Below, one piece after another: positions 1-10,050 of a stretch of DNA of 32,000 nt. Position numbers and translations under genes: made by a program. How positions within the stretch are numbered: position 1 is the stretch's first letter; each line of letters starts with the position of its first letter. The DNA comes from Nostoc sp. NMS9 (GTDB lineage: Bacteria > Cyanobacteriota > Cyanobacteriia > Cyanobacteriales > Nostocaceae), in assembly GCF_017114995.1 (NCBI RefSeq), contig NZ_JABXKL010000029.1:18872-50871 (forward strand). The letters run 5' to 3'. Below the pieces are notes generated by a model. It saw only the letters and a program-made list of their open reading frames with translations. It did no database searches and was not told where the DNA came from.

Positions 1-71
1 TTTGGGGGTGGAGTTTTTGTACCTTACTCAACCGATAACCTCTATATAAACTTACTCAAGTGGTATCAACT

Positions 72-203
72 CAATACGGTTCGGATAAGATCCCCCCGCC
101 TGCGACGACCCCCTTAAAAAGGGGGTAAAGAGGAGAAAAAGCCCCCCTTTTTAAGGGGTTGGGGGGATCTTCGAGAGACAAATATGTTAACCGAACCGTA
201 TTG
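72..203. mobile_element. MITE-like nested-palindrome dispersed repeat
   Basis: Perfect 13-bp outer inverted repeat caatacggttcgg (72-84) / ccgaaccgtattg (191-203). Perfect 10-bp inner inverted repeat agatcccccc (88-97) / ggggggatct (161-170). Internal hairpins cccccttaaaaaggggg and gcccccctttttaagggg. No coding capacity. Resembles the element at 13699-13785. Confidence 0.5.
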
Positions 204-249
204 GGTATCAAGTACCTATTCCTTACTTTTATTTAAGTAAGTAAAAAAC

Positions 250-275
250 AGAGACTTACACAGATGTAAGTCTCT
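250..275 (-). terminator. Rho-independent terminator of the BON lipoprotein gene
   Basis: Perfect 11-bp stem agagacttaca / tgtaagtctct with a 4-nt loop. On the minus strand it is followed by GTTTTTTAC (reverse complement of 241-249). It lies about 45 nt downstream of the stop at 321. Confidence 0.7.
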
Positions 276-320
276 ATTTGGCTTTCATGCCGATGCTAAC
301 TGAAAGCTTTAGTTATTCTT

Positions 321-779
321 TTATGGCTTTTTTACAGTATCAACTTTTGCTTCGACCTTCACTGTCTTCACACCTTGAACTTCTTTAGCCAAGGTTTCAG
401 CTTTCTTGAGTTCTTCAACAGAAGCGGCTGTACCTTTAAGGATAATTTCACCCTGTTTGTTTTCAACTTGTAACTTGTTGCCTGGTAGGTCTTTATTCAA
501 CTTGGCGCTAACTTCAGTTTTTAAGTCGCCCTTAGCTTTTGTTGATGCCGTTTTTTCAGAATCGGTTTTAACTTTAGTACCTGTACTAGCTGCTAAAGGA
601 GTCGTTTGTGTTTCTGGAACTTTGGCAGTTTGATTTGTCTGCGAAGCTGGTTTTGCTGGTACTTGAGCCGCTTCATTAGTTGTGCTAGGAGTTTCGGAAC
701 CAGTTTTAGAAGAGTCTTGGCAGCCAAAAGTACCAACTACCAAAATGCTACTAACTACTAATAGAATTAGCTTTTTCAT
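321..779 (-). CDS. BON-domain protein with signal peptide (probable lipoprotein)
   Basis: N-terminus MKKLILLVVSSILVVGTFGC is a hydrophobic signal ending in Cys. A low-complexity S/T/A/Q linker follows. The C-terminus GEIILKGTAASVEELKKAETLAKEVQGVKTVKVEAKV fits the BON pattern. GGAGA lies about 8 nt upstream of the ATG. Confidence 0.75.
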   Translation of the reverse strand: MKKLILLVVSSILVVGTFGCQDSSKTGSETPSTTNEAAQVPAKPASQTNQTAKVPETQTTPLAASTGTKVKTDSEKTASTKAKGDLKTEVSAKLNKDLPGNKLQVENKQGEIILKGTAASVEELKKAETLAKEVQGVKTVKVEAKVDTVKKP

Positions 780-1247
780 TATTTATCTCCGAATTTAGTA
801 CTTGAAGCGGTTAATTGAAGTGTGTGTCATGGTGAGGAGCAAATTTAAAAAAAACAATTAAAAGTGAAGTAGCAAAAGTGCTTAAGCAATAGCTCAGGTT
901 ACTGAAAATTGAAATTTGGACGATTTCTTGAAGCTAAAATTTTGCACCCGGTTTTGAGAAATGTCAATTCAATTTTTCTGATGGCTGCTAACCAGGATGG
1001 CTTTACACACAGTCTGTGGCTCTCTATGAATTTAATCTAGATGCACAGTAGCTCTTTCGATGGTAGACTATGCCACTCCACAGTAGTGACTCGATGTTAT
1101 CAGATTTGAGTCAATTTGGCGATGTCTATGATGAATTCCAAACTTCAGCGTTTTTGCAATCCTATGCCAGCAAACTTACCAACAAAATGTTACTTTATAA
1201 AACTATAGCTTACTTACAATGCCTTAAATATCAGGAAATATTAGCCA

Positions 1248-2168
1248 ATGCCCTACCTTACTTCGGCTAGCGAAATTCGTGCCATTGTCGCTGAATATAC
1301 AAACGCTAAAACACTGTGGATAGATACAGAAGTCGCTGACTATAAAAGTCGTAATCCCCGATTATCGCTGATTCAGGTATTAGATAATCCTCAAGATATG
1401 AGTGGCGATCGCGTCTATCTTTTAGATGTCTTAGATCAGCCTACTATTATAGCTGAATTTATTGATAAAATTATGATAAATTCTGCGATTGAAAAAGTTT
1501 TTCACAACGCGAGTTACGATCTAAAATTTCTCGGTAGCAAGAAAGCCAAAAATATTACTTGCACTTTGGAAATGGCCAAAAAAATTCCCTATTATCTTTT
1601 GCCATTACCCAACTACCAACTCAAGACAATAGCTACAGCACTTTGTAGCTTTAATAATATCGATAAACAAGAACAAAAAAGTGATTGGGGAAAACGCCCT
1701 CTGACTGAAGAACAGATAGAGTATGCTTACCTAGACTGCATTTATCTTGCTCAAATTCACCTAAACTTGTTAGGCTTACAAGCCCAAGCCAGCCCCGAAC
1801 CTGCAACGGAAGACTTAATATCACTAAGTACTAGATACTCGCAAGTTGAGCAGCAATGGAAGTTGTTGAATTCCGAATTTGAGCATTTGCAAGAACGTAT
1901 AAAAAAAGCTATGCAGGCTCAGAATATATCAGAAACTTATGATTATAAGCTGACTAGTTATGAACGGACTACAATCAAAGCTGCATTTACAGAATTGGCA
2001 AAGCTAGCACAAACTCAAGGTATTAATTTAGATTTTCCGATCACACTAACTCAGAAACTCCAAAAAGATTTAGGGCAAAATCTAGAACAATTGTCTGTAG
2101 ATATTGACAAAAATACTTCTTGGCGGCTAATTCCCAAAACTCAAGAGAGTGAAGCTGAAGATGAGTAA
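1248..2168 (+). CDS. 3'-5' exonuclease domain protein (RNase D-like, DEDDy type)
   Basis: ExoI WIDTEVAD, ExoII HNASYDLKFL and ExoIII YAYLDCIYL motifs are in the correct order. The C-terminal half is helical and charged. Confidence 0.75.
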   Translation: MPYLTSASEIRAIVAEYTNAKTLWIDTEVADYKSRNPRLSLIQVLDNPQDMSGDRVYLLDVLDQPTIIAEFIDKIMINSAIEKVFHNASYDLKFLGSKKAKNITCTLEMAKKIPYYLLPLPNYQLKTIATALCSFNNIDKQEQKSDWGKRPLTEEQIEYAYLDCIYLAQIHLNLLGLQAQASPEPATEDLISLSTRYSQVEQQWKLLNSEFEHLQERIKKAMQAQNISETYDYKLTSYERTTIKAAFTELAKLAQTQGINLDFPITLTQKLQKDLGQNLEQLSVDIDKNTSWRLIPKTQESEAEDE

Positions 2169-2401
2169 ATTGTTCATCAGGCTACAAATGTCAGAATTTA
2201 TAGAGTTATTGTGAAGAATAAATATTTAAATTTAATAATTCTTTCCTCCTACCTTCTCTGATAAATCTATAAAATATTAGGGAAATTTGTCAATTAACTT
2301 GAAAGTCCTAACAAAAGTTAGAATAGTTATTCAGTTAAAGAATTAAAATCTAGATTTTGGTACTAATTCCGTTCAGGTATTATGGCAGTTTATATTAACT
2401 T

Positions 2402-3244
2402 ATGAGACGGCGTTTATTTGGGCAAAAGCGAACAAGGGTAAATACTTTATTTACCATAGCTATTTTTACTACATTGACTGCAATTAGCAGTGTTTCTTGT
2501 AGTAAGAATGACAATGTATTGGTGACAGAAATAGGAGTTAGTCAACCTAGCCGTCGTTCAGCTACAACTTCCAGAGGTGGGGAATTTTATCTTCAGGGAA
2601 AGAATCAGCATTTAAACGGCGACTTGCAAGCTGCGATCGCTTCTTATAGTAAGGCAATTAGTCAAAATTCTCAGTATGGCGCCACCTACAACGCGCGGGG
2701 ATTAGCCTACTTTGATTTGGGAGACAAGGAAAAAGCGATCGCAGATTACAATCAAGCACTTCGCATCAACTCTAACGATGCCGAAGCCCACAATAACTTG
2801 GGGAATGCCCGCGCCTCACTGGGAAACAACAGAGAAGCAATTAAAGATTACAGTGAAGCGATTCGCCTGAATCCCAACTATGCCGAAGCCTACAATAACC
2901 GGGGAAATGCCCGCGCCACCAATGGAGACAAAAAAGGGGCAATAGACGATCTCGATCAAGCGATTCTCCTTAACCCCAAATATGCGATCGCCTATAATAA
3001 CCGAGGAAATGCCCGTGCTGCCAATGGAGATTTCAAGGGTGCGATCGCAGATTACAATCAAGCCATTCGCCTTAATCCCAACTTTGCCCCTGCCTACAAT
3101 AACCGAGGAAATGCCCGCGCCACCAATGGAGACAAACAGGGAGCGCTTAAGGACTTACAACAAGCAGCAAGTATTTTTCAAAGTCAAGGTAACAACGATT
3201 TATACCAACAAGTCATGGGTAACATCAAAGAACTTGGACAGTAG
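2402..3244 (+). CDS. Exported TPR-repeat protein (possible lipoprotein)
   Basis: Basic N-terminus, hydrophobic stretch, then SVSC. About six 34-aa units of consensus AYNNRGNARxxxGDxxGAIxDYxQAIRLNPxxA. Confidence 0.85.
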   Translation: MRRRLFGQKRTRVNTLFTIAIFTTLTAISSVSCSKNDNVLVTEIGVSQPSRRSATTSRGGEFYLQGKNQHLNGDLQAAIASYSKAISQNSQYGATYNARGLAYFDLGDKEKAIADYNQALRINSNDAEAHNNLGNARASLGNNREAIKDYSEAIRLNPNYAEAYNNRGNARATNGDKKGAIDDLDQAILLNPKYAIAYNNRGNARAANGDFKGAIADYNQAIRLNPNFAPAYNNRGNARATNGDKQGALKDLQQAASIFQSQGNNDLYQQVMGNIKELGQ

Positions 3245-3523
3245 AGAAAAGTAGGGTTTTAGTTATCCAAAGCTAACAGCCTAGCGATTTATCTTGCTAC
3301 TGGGACTTAAATTCTAGCCGAGTTTTTAGGTGAGCTAATTTTTGTCTTTCAATGAGTTATCCAAAAGCCAGGGGATGAGAGAGGTGACAATTGCTGTCAC
3401 GCTTGAGATGATAACGGTTACTGTATCACTGGGTAAACGTCCACTGAGCCAGGTGCTGGTGAAAACTATCTATGGGGACGTAAAAAGCAAGAGAGACTAG
3501 GCCCCAATGTTGGTTTTGGGTTT

Positions 3524-3877
3524 GTGCAAGAGTACCAAGATGATCTCAGTTCTGCGGCAATCTCTGGCCCCACCATGACTGCAATCCACGTTGCAAGTAA
3601 GTATCTGCGCGCCCAGCAGTTAGATAACGACGAAATCGCTGGCTCTCTAATTCCTGTTCGTTCTCAGTATGATGATTGGGGTACTTGGGAAGGTGATGAC
3701 GATCCAGAGCGAGGTAGGACAGGTGTTGGTTTCACCAACTATAGAACCAACTTAGGAGAAGTAACCTCTCGCTATGACTTAAAACAAAACCGCAAAGCAG
3801 GATTTGGTGAAGTGCAACTAACTATTGAAGCTGGTGGTTACCCTCGCAGAGATATCCTTGTGCGCGTTCATTTTTAA
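3524..3877 (+). CDS. Hypothetical protein (start uncertain)
   Basis: Open frame from 3437, GTG start at 3524, first in-frame ATG at 3575. No recognisable motif. May be the 3' part of a disrupted gene (see noticed_but_rejected). Confidence 0.35.
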   Translation: MQEYQDDLSSAAISGPTMTAIHVASKYLRAQQLDNDEIAGSLIPVRSQYDDWGTWEGDDDPERGRTGVGFTNYRTNLGEVTSRYDLKQNRKAGFGEVQLTIEAGGYPRRDILVRVHF

Positions 3878-3951
3878 CGCAATATGGGCACGATATAACT
3901 AAGTTCTTCTTTACAAAAACACATATTTCAGAATACATTAAGTGCGTCACT

Positions 3952-4494
3952 ATGAAGCTAAAGCAAGCAATTATTTCCTTGTCAATTCCTTTAATGATGT
4001 GGACTGTTGATAGTCTGCACTTAAAGGCTCTAGCAAACACTGTTTCACTAATGTCTAGGGACTGTGTAGATACAGGTGGAAGACACTGGAACAAAATCAG
4101 TCAAGATGTTTCTGTTGGTAGAGAGCTTTATACAGCGATGCTGTATATGAGCAGTCATTATATTGATGGTTTTCCAAATTTCACTTCTGCATTCACCTGC
4201 AAGATTAGAAATGCGGGTAAAGGCCCAACACCAAAAACACTAAAACTTGTGTTTGGAAGAAGTGATGCTGATAAAGCTCCTGCTGATCCAATAGTCTCCG
4301 TATTTCTTAAGGGTAATAAGGCTGGTCAAATCATTGTTCCTGCTGGAGAAGTGAAAACAGTTATTCTTGACGTTGCTAATGTGAATAGTGTCGCTCTTGA
4401 GACAGCATGTTCCAGTGCCAGTGAGAACTGTCCTACTGTCTACTTCCTTGAGGCTAGTCTAGATATGGGTTCCCGCAACCCTGGCAGTAGATAA
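3952..4494 (+). CDS. Secreted hypothetical protein, Cys-containing, beta-rich C-terminal half
   Basis: Signal-like N-terminus MKLKQAIISLSIPLMMWTVDSLHLKALA and four Cys. The C-terminal pattern KLVFGRSDA...VSVFLKGNKAGQIIVPAGEVKTVILDVANVNSVALE suggests a beta-sandwich, but the family is not identified. Confidence 0.55.
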   Translation: MKLKQAIISLSIPLMMWTVDSLHLKALANTVSLMSRDCVDTGGRHWNKISQDVSVGRELYTAMLYMSSHYIDGFPNFTSAFTCKIRNAGKGPTPKTLKLVFGRSDADKAPADPIVSVFLKGNKAGQIIVPAGEVKTVILDVANVNSVALETACSSASENCPTVYFLEASLDMGSRNPGSR

Positions 4495-4499
4495 TCAGC

Positions 4500-6068
4500 T
4501 TACAACTCACGCTTGGCTTTTTCCAATTGTATTAGCGCTTTTTCGTAATCATCAATCAGTTCTTGTTCCAGAAAAAGATTAGCTGCTTGCTGAAAATCCT
4601 TGATAGCAGCTTCTCTATTTCTAAGTTTGGCATAAGCCGCACCACGATTTCCGTAGGCTTTGGCATAATCTGGCTTGTAGGTAATAGCAAGTGTGTAATC
4701 TGCGATCGCTCCTTCAAAGTCTTTGAGCCTATAGTGAGCTAATCCTCGGTTTAGGTAGGTATTGGGGCGTTTTGGCTCAAACTTCAAAGCTTGATTGAAA
4801 TCCAAGATCGCTTCTTGTTGTTGACCTGAAAAACTCAGCAAGCGACCTCGGTTATTGAGCGCTGAAGCTGGCCCTGGTTCTAGATTAATAACCTGCGAAT
4901 AGTCTGCGATCGCCCCATCCGAATCTCCGATTTCAGCACGGATAATAGCGCGGTTGTAATAAGCATTTGCATATTTAGGATTGATTTTGATCGCATGGGT
5001 ATAGTCTGCGATCGCACCCTTCAAATCTCCCATTTCATGCTGAATCAGTCCTCTTTGGAAATAGGCATCAGCATTTTCAGAATTTGCTTTGAGTGCTTGG
5101 TTGTAGGCTATTACTGCACCTTGGCGATCGCCAGCCTCATACTTAACTAGCCCCTGGGAATAAGGATCGATGGATATTGCTTCGGGAGTTTCTATGACCG
5201 AATTATCTAACTGCAAATCAGCTTTCTTCAGAGCAATTTTAGGTAATTGCTCAAGAAAGGTAGTGATGGGAATAGCTGAATTAAACCCTGTTTTGATGAG
5301 ATTATCCTCAGAACTATCACTTTTTGAGGAAGTTGTGGTTTTGACCATGCCTACATTAGTGTCGCCTCCCTGTCCATGAATGCCTACAACTCGACCTGAA
5401 ACGTCAAAAACAGGGCCGCCGCTCATCCCTTTCCAAGTAGGGGCAGTGTAGTGAATAGCATACCCTTGTGAACGGGCTGGATTGAAGCTAGACACATCGC
5501 CCCGCGAAAATTCTGCTGTTCTATTAGTCGGGTCTTCAAAGGCAGGAAAGCCACAGACAAAAATCATAGAAGGCACTGTGATTTGAGGGATATTTGCCAG
5601 GGTCGCCACTGTATAGTTCTTTGGGCTGCGAAATTTGACAATAGCTAGATCGGGATAATTGGCATCAGTTTGCAAACGATTAACTTCCTCAACAGGATAG
5701 TTTTCGTCTTTGTTTATTTTAACTCTGTAGCTACGATCGGTGTCTCGAACTACATGATTTGCAGTTAGAACGGTGTAAATATCCCCTTGTTTGGCAATAA
5801 TTACTCCAGAACCACCCTCATCTTCAGCAGCATTGACCTGAACTGTCACTTGATCCGCAAGATTTTTAATCCGAGTGTCAGTTTGGATTACAGCAGCTTG
5901 AGTATACATTGCAATCACACCGGTAATGCTAAGTACTCCAGTAAATAGTAGATAATAACTGTACTTAATTAGATGTTGCATTGTGTAAGGATTTAGTGTA
6001 TAAAAAACAACATCCAATTGGGCATTCCACCAGTATAACCACTGCCCATTACACTTATCTAGCGACAT
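4500..6068 (-). CDS. Membrane-anchored trypsin-like (S1/Trypsin_2) serine protease fused to C-terminal TPR repeats
   Basis: Full triad context: TANHVV (His), DLAIVKF (Asp), GMSGGPVFD (Ser). The C-terminal half has about six TPR units (AIADYxxAIxxNPxxAxAYxNRG). The more likely start is Met30 (ATG at 5981-5979), directly before the hydrophobic anchor YYLLFTGVLSITGVIAMY. Confidence 0.85.
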   Translation of the reverse strand: MSLDKCNGQWLYWWNAQLDVVFYTLNPYTMQHLIKYSYYLLFTGVLSITGVIAMYTQAAVIQTDTRIKNLADQVTVQVNAAEDEGGSGVIIAKQGDIYTVLTANHVVRDTDRSYRVKINKDENYPVEEVNRLQTDANYPDLAIVKFRSPKNYTVATLANIPQITVPSMIFVCGFPAFEDPTNRTAEFSRGDVSSFNPARSQGYAIHYTAPTWKGMSGGPVFDVSGRVVGIHGQGGDTNVGMVKTTTSSKSDSSEDNLIKTGFNSAIPITTFLEQLPKIALKKADLQLDNSVIETPEAISIDPYSQGLVKYEAGDRQGAVIAYNQALKANSENADAYFQRGLIQHEMGDLKGAIADYTHAIKINPKYANAYYNRAIIRAEIGDSDGAIADYSQVINLEPGPASALNNRGRLLSFSGQQQEAILDFNQALKFEPKRPNTYLNRGLAHYRLKDFEGAIADYTLAITYKPDYAKAYGNRGAAYAKLRNREAAIKDFQQAANLFLEQELIDDYEKALIQLEKAKREL

Positions 6069-6480
6069 CGTAGTTTAACCCTGTTTTGTAACTCCGGGAA
6101 AACAATAATTGAAGCCAAATTCTCAGACTTTGATTTAATGAGAATTAAACAAAAAAGATTCTATCGCTCCCCTTATGCTAAAGTGACTTACGCTATTATT
6201 AAATACCAAGTTGTAAAACTGCAAAACCCTTTCTACATAAGGATAACAGGTTGAAAAAGTATGGATTTAATATTTAGTAACCATAAAAATAGCGATAGAG
6301 CTAGAAAACTTTGAACACTTTTACTGAAGCTAATAACGCCTTTAGAACAGCTATGTCTTTTCGATTTTTCGATTGTTTGACCGTTCATCGTGACGTATTT
6401 GCTGCTTATAAAGCTAGTTTGGGTTACACTTGGGCTTAATTTTTGTTTAAGCCCCGCCACGCATTTTCACTCTAGTTCTG

Positions 6481-6499
6481 AGCGGCGAAAGCCGCCGCT
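6481..6499. terminator. GC-rich hairpin between actP 3' end and a 450-bp non-coding gap
   Basis: Stem agcggcg / cgccgct (7 bp) with a 5-nt loop, 25 nt beyond the actP stop. The T-rich tail (tataattgtttgtgctttc) is on the plus strand, not the actP strand, so the terminated strand is ambiguous. Confidence 0.35.
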
Positions 6500-6524
6500 T
6501 ATAATTGTTTGTGCTTTCACAAAA

Positions 6525-8093
6525 TCACATCTCAGAACCAATGTGAATGCGATCCTCTACTTCCGCAAATTTTTCCTGTGCCTGTTGTTCAGTACTCAAT
6601 AGTGAAACGACAATCGCCACAATAAACGCCAGTGGGATACTGATTAATCCAGGATTTTTTAGCGGAAAGGGTGCAGAAGCGTGCTTGAGAATTGTAACTT
6701 GAATAGTAGGTGACAAATAAATCAGCACCAAAGATGAGACAGTACCTACTAACATACTCGCAACCGCACCGTTGGTAGTGAAGCGTCGCCAAAGCATTGA
6801 TAAGAGCAACGCTGGAAAATTTGCACTCGCAGCGATCGCAAATGCTAAACCTACCATATAGGCTACATTTTGTCCTTTAAACAAGATGCCCAGGAATATC
6901 GCTACTAACCCCAAAAGCATTGTCGCACCGCGAGCCACCTTCAGCTGTTCTGACTCGTCGGCATGGCCAGAGCGCACCACATTCACCCACAAATCGTGGG
7001 ACAATGCAGCTGCACCTGAGAGTGTCAACCCTGCGACAACTGCCAAAATCGTCGCAAAGGAAACAGCAGCAATAAAGCCTAAGAAAGCATCACCACCGAG
7101 AAATTCTGCCAACATCGGCGCAGCCATATTACCACCAGTACCAATTTGCTTGATGGCATCTTGACCTACTAGCACCATCGCTCCAAAACCCAGAATGAAG
7201 GTAAGGAGATAAAAAACGCCAATAATAGCTGTGGCATAAGTAACAGAGAGCCGCGCTGCTTTAGCGTCGGGTACTGTGTAGAAACGCATTAGGATGTGGG
7301 GTAATCCAGCAGTGCCGAACATCAACGACATCCCTAAAGAGATAGCATCAAAGGGATCGGAAACCAGTTTGCCTGGAGCTAATACACCTGTATACTTCTG
7401 GGATGCAGCAGCGAAAAGAGCGATCGGGTTAAAGCCAAATCGTGCCAGTACCAAGATAGCTAGTAAGACAGTTCCGCCAAGCAACAAAACTGCTTTGATA
7501 ATTTGTACCCAAGTGGTGGCAATCATCCCGCCAAAAATCACATAAGCCATCATCACACAACCGACGATGACCACAGCTAATTCATAATCAAAACCAAACA
7601 GTAGTTTGATTAGCTCACCAGCACCTACCATCTGGGCAATTAAGTAAAAGCTAATTACTACCAGCGTTCCAATCGCAGAGGCGATACGTACAGGTTTTTG
7701 CTGCAAGCGATAAGCCACTACATCGGCAAAGGTGTATTTACCTAAGTTACGTAATGGTTCGGCAATTAGAAACATAACAATCGGCCAGCCCACCAGAAAG
7801 CCGATAGAATAAATTAAGCCATCAAAGCCGTTGAGTGCCACCAGCCCAGCTATACCTAAAAAGCTAGCTGCACTCATAAAGTCTCCTGCTAGGGCCAGCC
7901 CATTTTGGAAACCGCTGATCTTACCGCCAGCTGTATAGAACTGTGCAGTATTTTTGGTGAGCTTTGCCGCCCAATAGGTAATGCCTAGAGAACTTACAAC
8001 AAACAGAAAGAAGAAAGCGATCGCTAACGGGTTAAACTTACCAAGACTAGTAATATCCGCCGCTAGTGGCAGATCGAACCACACACTATTCAT
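6525..8093 (-). CDS. actP: Cation/acetate symporter ActP (sodium:solute symporter family)
   Basis: 522 aa with about 13-14 hydrophobic helices. The N-terminal region [33 protein letters not shown] is typical of ActP/SSF. It lies immediately downstream of a DUF485/YjcH gene, as in the enterobacterial yjcH-actP arrangement. Confidence 0.9.
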   Translation of the reverse strand: MNSVWFDLPLAADITSLGKFNPLAIAFFFLFVVSSLGITYWAAKLTKNTAQFYTAGGKISGFQNGLALAGDFMSAASFLGIAGLVALNGFDGLIYSIGFLVGWPIVMFLIAEPLRNLGKYTFADVVAYRLQQKPVRIASAIGTLVVISFYLIAQMVGAGELIKLLFGFDYELAVVIVGCVMMAYVIFGGMIATTWVQIIKAVLLLGGTVLLAILVLARFGFNPIALFAAASQKYTGVLAPGKLVSDPFDAISLGMSLMFGTAGLPHILMRFYTVPDAKAARLSVTYATAIIGVFYLLTFILGFGAMVLVGQDAIKQIGTGGNMAAPMLAEFLGGDAFLGFIAAVSFATILAVVAGLTLSGAAALSHDLWVNVVRSGHADESEQLKVARGATMLLGLVAIFLGILFKGQNVAYMVGLAFAIAASANFPALLLSMLWRRFTTNGAVASMLVGTVSSLVLIYLSPTIQVTILKHASAPFPLKNPGLISIPLAFIVAIVVSLLSTEQQAQEKFAEVEDRIHIGSEM

Positions 8094-8140
8094 GCTTTTT
8101 TGGTTTAGGATTTTGGATTTGGGACTAGAAATTGCTAATA

Positions 8141-8282
8141 GCTATTGGGCATGGGGCATGGGGCATTGGCCATTGGGAAAGAGGAGGCAGGAGGCAGAAG
8201 GCAGAAGGCAGGAGTTCTTTAATTTTGAATTTTGAATTTTAAATTTTGAATTGATTTCTCCCCCTCATCCCCCATTCCCAAT
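8141..8282. repeat. Compound short-tandem-repeat / imperfect palindrome element in the yjcH-actP spacer
   Basis: Heptamer run gggcatggggcatggggcat. Heptamer run ggaggcaggaggcagaaggcagaaggcagg. Octamer run aattttgaattttgaattttaaattttgaatt. C-rich arm ccccctcatcccccattcccaat is roughly complementary to the G-rich arm. Confidence 0.6.
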
Positions 8283-8284
8283 TT

Positions 8285-8560
8285 TCATTTGCGTGTCAGC
8301 CTTGCGATTTGGTCGTCGTAACTGCTATTTGCCCAACGCACGTAGATAAAAATTAATACCCATGCTGAGACAATTACCAGCGCCCCCAGTAAAATTCCCA
8401 GGCTGAGACCAGGAACTACTAATGACCCCAGCAGGGGCTTATTGAACGCGATTAATAGGATAAAGCCAAAGTAAATAAACATCATGGCTCCAGTCAGAAT
8501 CAAGGATACCCGCCAACGTTCAGCGGCGAGAGCCTGGAGAGCCTTTGTGCGATCGTTCAT
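8285..8560 (-). CDS. yjcH: DUF485 (YjcH-family) small inner-membrane protein
   Basis: 91 aa with two hydrophobic helices and the C-terminal motif YVRWANSSYD. Sits directly upstream of actP on the same strand. Confidence 0.85.
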   Translation of the reverse strand: MNDRTKALQALAAERWRVSLILTGAMMFIYFGFILLIAFNKPLLGSLVVPGLSLGILLGALVIVSAWVLIFIYVRWANSSYDDQIARLTRK

Positions 8561-9087
8561 GTCTTCCTTTAGGTTGAGAAGATTAGGTCAGATTGTCTCA
8601 TTGAAGCTGATTTCTGCGTAATTTTCTTAAAGATTGTTAGTAAATCTATTACTATATCAGGTAATAAAATTAACTTTGCAAAGTGATATACCCAAATAAC
8701 AAGACAATAGCGACTCTGTTTTGAGTCAAGAAACATAAAACTATAGATGCGGTTAGACACAAATAAAGCCGATCTATTCAGTGATATGTTATTTTCTAGG
8801 CTTTAAGTAACTTTTTATACCTTTAACTAAAGCATTAACTCAGGAATTAAATTTTTATATACTAAAAAATAAAATAAATACGTAGTCCCTACCAGGCTTT
8901 AAAATCCTTCAAGTGTTATGAAATATTTTTTGAAGTTATTAAATCAACTGAGATTAATAAAAATAGTAAATTTTGATTTATAAAATATACCAAAAATCAC
9001 CCTGGCAGATTAAGTAAATATTTTAATAGCATTTATATCAATAGCTTGTTATTCCACAGATGAAGCATTACCAAAATTTAGTAAAGT

Positions 9088-9696
9088 ATGTTTATCGAAA
9101 CACTCATCACAGAGCCGATTCATTTTTTTAGAATCGTTGCCATTGTCATATTTTCGATCACTTTGCATGAACTTGCTCACGGCTGGGCTGCGATGAGTCA
9201 GGGAGATAACACTCCACAACAGACTGGTCATCTGACGCTGAATCCTGTAGTTCACATGGGCAAAGAATCAATCATCTTTCTCTGTCTTATGGGTATAGCT
9301 TGGGGACAAATGCCCGTCAACCCATCTAAGTTTCGCTCTGGTAAGCTAGGCAACATTTTGGTATCGGCAGCCGGGCCATTATCAAATCTGACTTTAGGCG
9401 TTCTATTTATTATGGTGCTGAAATTTCTTTCTAATCTAAGTCTTTCAGAAATTTTGAGTGAGGATTTTTTTTATTTAGCAGCTCGGATTAATTTGACATT
9501 ATTTCTGTTTAATCTCTTGCCAATTCCACCACTTGATGGATTTCATATTTTCAGTGAAATTTTTCCTCAGCTAAAGCCACTGCAATATAGCCAATTTGGA
9601 CTCTTTGCCATGATGCTTATATTCATAATTCCAGAATTTGGGATGGGACTTGGTAGCATTGCTGAATTATTTATCCAGTCAGCATTGAGGATGTAA
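9088..9696 (+). CDS. M50 (site-2 protease family) membrane metalloprotease
   Basis: HELAHG (HExxH) lies in the first helix and NLLPIPPLDGFH (LDG motif) in a later helix. Polytopic membrane profile. Confidence 0.8.
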   Translation: MFIETLITEPIHFFRIVAIVIFSITLHELAHGWAAMSQGDNTPQQTGHLTLNPVVHMGKESIIFLCLMGIAWGQMPVNPSKFRSGKLGNILVSAAGPLSNLTLGVLFIMVLKFLSNLSLSEILSEDFFYLAARINLTLFLFNLLPIPPLDGFHIFSEIFPQLKPLQYSQFGLFAMMLIFIIPEFGMGLGSIAELFIQSALRM

Positions 9697-10050
9697 ACAG
9701 CAATTTTTAGAAAAATACAAAAGCTTTGTAGGAATTGCAGGTTATTCTTACTTTGTAAAGCGCTACTTTCAAATCATTATTAATGATTTGAAAATTATTT
9801 ACTACAGTATTATTTTGTTATTGTCTTTATAGATTATAAATAGTGTTATTGTTTTAATATCTTCACCCACAAGTCCTATTTATTCTGCAATTCGTCCAAG
9901 CTTTAGCTGTATTTTAGGTAACTGCTAATGATAGGCAGTTGCCGCACATGTTTTTTTAAGTAAAAGTACTGAAGAATAGTGGATAGGAATTACTTCAGTA
10001 ATCTTAACATTGAAGTTAGTGGATATGCTTAGTTACCTTAAAGGCACAAT

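Noticed and set aside
1070-1270. 66-aa ORF overlapping the start of the exonuclease gene.
   Set aside because: No RBS, no motif, and it overlaps a better-supported gene. Likely non-coding 5' region.
3375-3877. Frameshifted pseudogene. A 41-codon ORF (ATG 3375 to TAG 3498-3500, MREVTIAVTLEMITVTVSLGKRPLSQ...) overlaps the open upstream extension (from 3437) of ORF 3524..3877 in another frame.
   Set aside because: I recognise neither piece, so nothing shows that they were once one gene. Alignment to intact homologues would be needed.
6069-6524. The 450-bp gene-free gap between the protease and actP as a small-RNA or small-protein locus. It contains a 28-codon ORF from ATG 6353 and the hairpin at 6481-6499 with a plus-strand T-tail.
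   Set aside because: No promoter, conservation or RBS evidence is visible and the ORFs are unconvincing. It is recorded only as a hairpin feature.
6886-7545. Plus-strand ORFs antisense to actP. Similar antisense or out-of-frame ORFs occur inside the TPR, protease, MprF-like, NLR and lysC genes (e.g. 2816..3061, 5170..5379, 14497..14712, 21553..21756, 25387..25656).
   Set aside because: They are shadow ORFs within strongly supported genes, with repeat-driven or compositionally biased translations.
8569-8760. 63-aa minus-strand ORF upstream of yjcH.
   Set aside because: AT-rich promoter-type region and an implausible hydrophobic/low-complexity peptide. Likely spurious.
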